A DNA stretch of 24,000 nucleotides. It comes from an uncultured Methanobrevibacter sp. (lineage in GTDB: Archaea > Methanobacteriota > Methanobacteria > Methanobacteriales > Methanobacteriaceae). Where the stretch lies: positions 247,584 to 271,583 of the forward strand of contig NZ_CACZTX010000009.1 of the NCBI RefSeq assembly GCF_902784195.1, in the 5' to 3' direction. Shown piece by piece: positions 23,587 to 24,000 of the stretch (position 1 is the first letter of the stretch; the number at the start of each line of letters is the position of its first letter). The translations under genes and the position numbers were made by a program. The notes beneath the pieces were generated by a model. The model saw nothing but the letters and a program-made list of their open reading frames with translations. It ran no database searches and had not been told where the DNA came from.

Positions 23587-24000
23587 TTATTCAAACATTC
23601 CTTTAATTTCTTCTTTTTTATATTTATTGATGTCTAATGCAAAATAAATATCATCCATTGTTACTTTTTCCTTATCATTTATTATTGCATTATGAAGAGC
23701 TGTTTTCAATATCTTTTCCTTAATGTCCCTACCAGACATCCTTTTAGAAAGCTTTACTAATTTTTCAATATCCAAATCATAATCCATTGGGAACGTGTTA
23801 AGGTTTAACTCAAAAATTTCTCTTCTTTCATCATCATTTGGAAGCTTAAATTCAATTTCCTCTTCAAAACGACTTCTGATTGCAAAGTCAATTGAAGATG
23901 GGTTATTGGTTGCTGCAATTGTTACAACACCATCATTTGGATTGATTCCATCCATTTCAGTTAAAAGGGAATTTACAATTTCAGAAACATCCCCTCTTAA
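23587..24000 (-). CDS. AAA+ (classic AAA clade) ATPase, C-terminal part; the ORF continues beyond the window
   Basis: My translation upstream of the track's Met reads LRGDVSEIVNSLLTEMDGINPNDGVVTIAATNNPSSIDFAIRSRFEEEIEFKLPNDDERREIF. This contains sensor-1 TN, the second region of homology with Arg fingers, and the alpha-helical lid. Confidence 0.8.
   Translation of the reverse strand, partial: LRGDVSEIVNSLLTEMDGINPNDGVVTIAATNNPSSIDFAIRSRFEEEIEFKLPNDDERREIFELNLNTFPMDYDLDIEKLVKLSKRMSGRDIKEKILKTALHNAIINDKEKVTMDDIYFALDINKYKKEEIKGMFE

Noticed and set aside
1-24000. The window as a genomic island, prophage or integrated element
   Set aside because: There is no integrase, transposase, tRNA attachment site, terminal repeat or phage structural gene. 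Nearly every gene is a conserved methanogen housekeeping or cofactor gene, and the composition looks uniform by eye.

Overview
This is a very AT-rich archaeal chromosomal segment (GC judged by eye, not computed). The gene content points to a Methanobacteriales methanogen, probably Methanobrevibacter-like. I support 25 protein-coding genes. I found no rRNA, tRNA, CRISPR array, integrase, transposase or other mobile-element signature, so this looks like conserved core genome rather than an island.

Gene order:
- korB'-korA-korD (minus strand), 2-oxoacid:ferredoxin oxidoreductase.
- mptD-like gene.
- A membrane sortase.
- A large single-pass protein with a CpaB/SAF-like ectodomain.
- Archaetidylserine synthase (pssA).
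- A hypothetical gene, then mreB and rnhB.
- purO.
- An exbB-exbD stator pair.
- An F420/flavin-themed run: cofE, a Zn-ribbon protein, cofD, GTP cyclohydrolase III, and a Dus/NifR3-like TIM barrel.
- A secreted adhesin-like protein with a peptidoglycan-binding-like domain.
- A TfoX_C-like protein.
- An MCR/F430-themed run: a DUF134 Zn-ribbon regulator, atwA (MCR component A2), methanogenesis marker 9, sirC-like gene and hemA.
- The 3' part of an AAA ATPase gene.

From memory, PurO (MTH1020) and archaetidylserine synthase (MTH1027) are also close neighbours in Methanothermobacter. That fits conserved synteny.

The best candidates for undescribed biology are:
1. The partnerless ExbB-ExbD motor, whose ExbB carries a C-terminal RAM/ACT-like tail.
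2. The sortase, CpaB-like protein and PssA neighbourhood.
3. The uncharacterised Dus-like flavoenzyme and Zn-ribbon protein embedded among F420 genes.
4. atwA flanked by two Cys-rich putative regulators.

All family calls come from motif recognition by eye. No searches were run.
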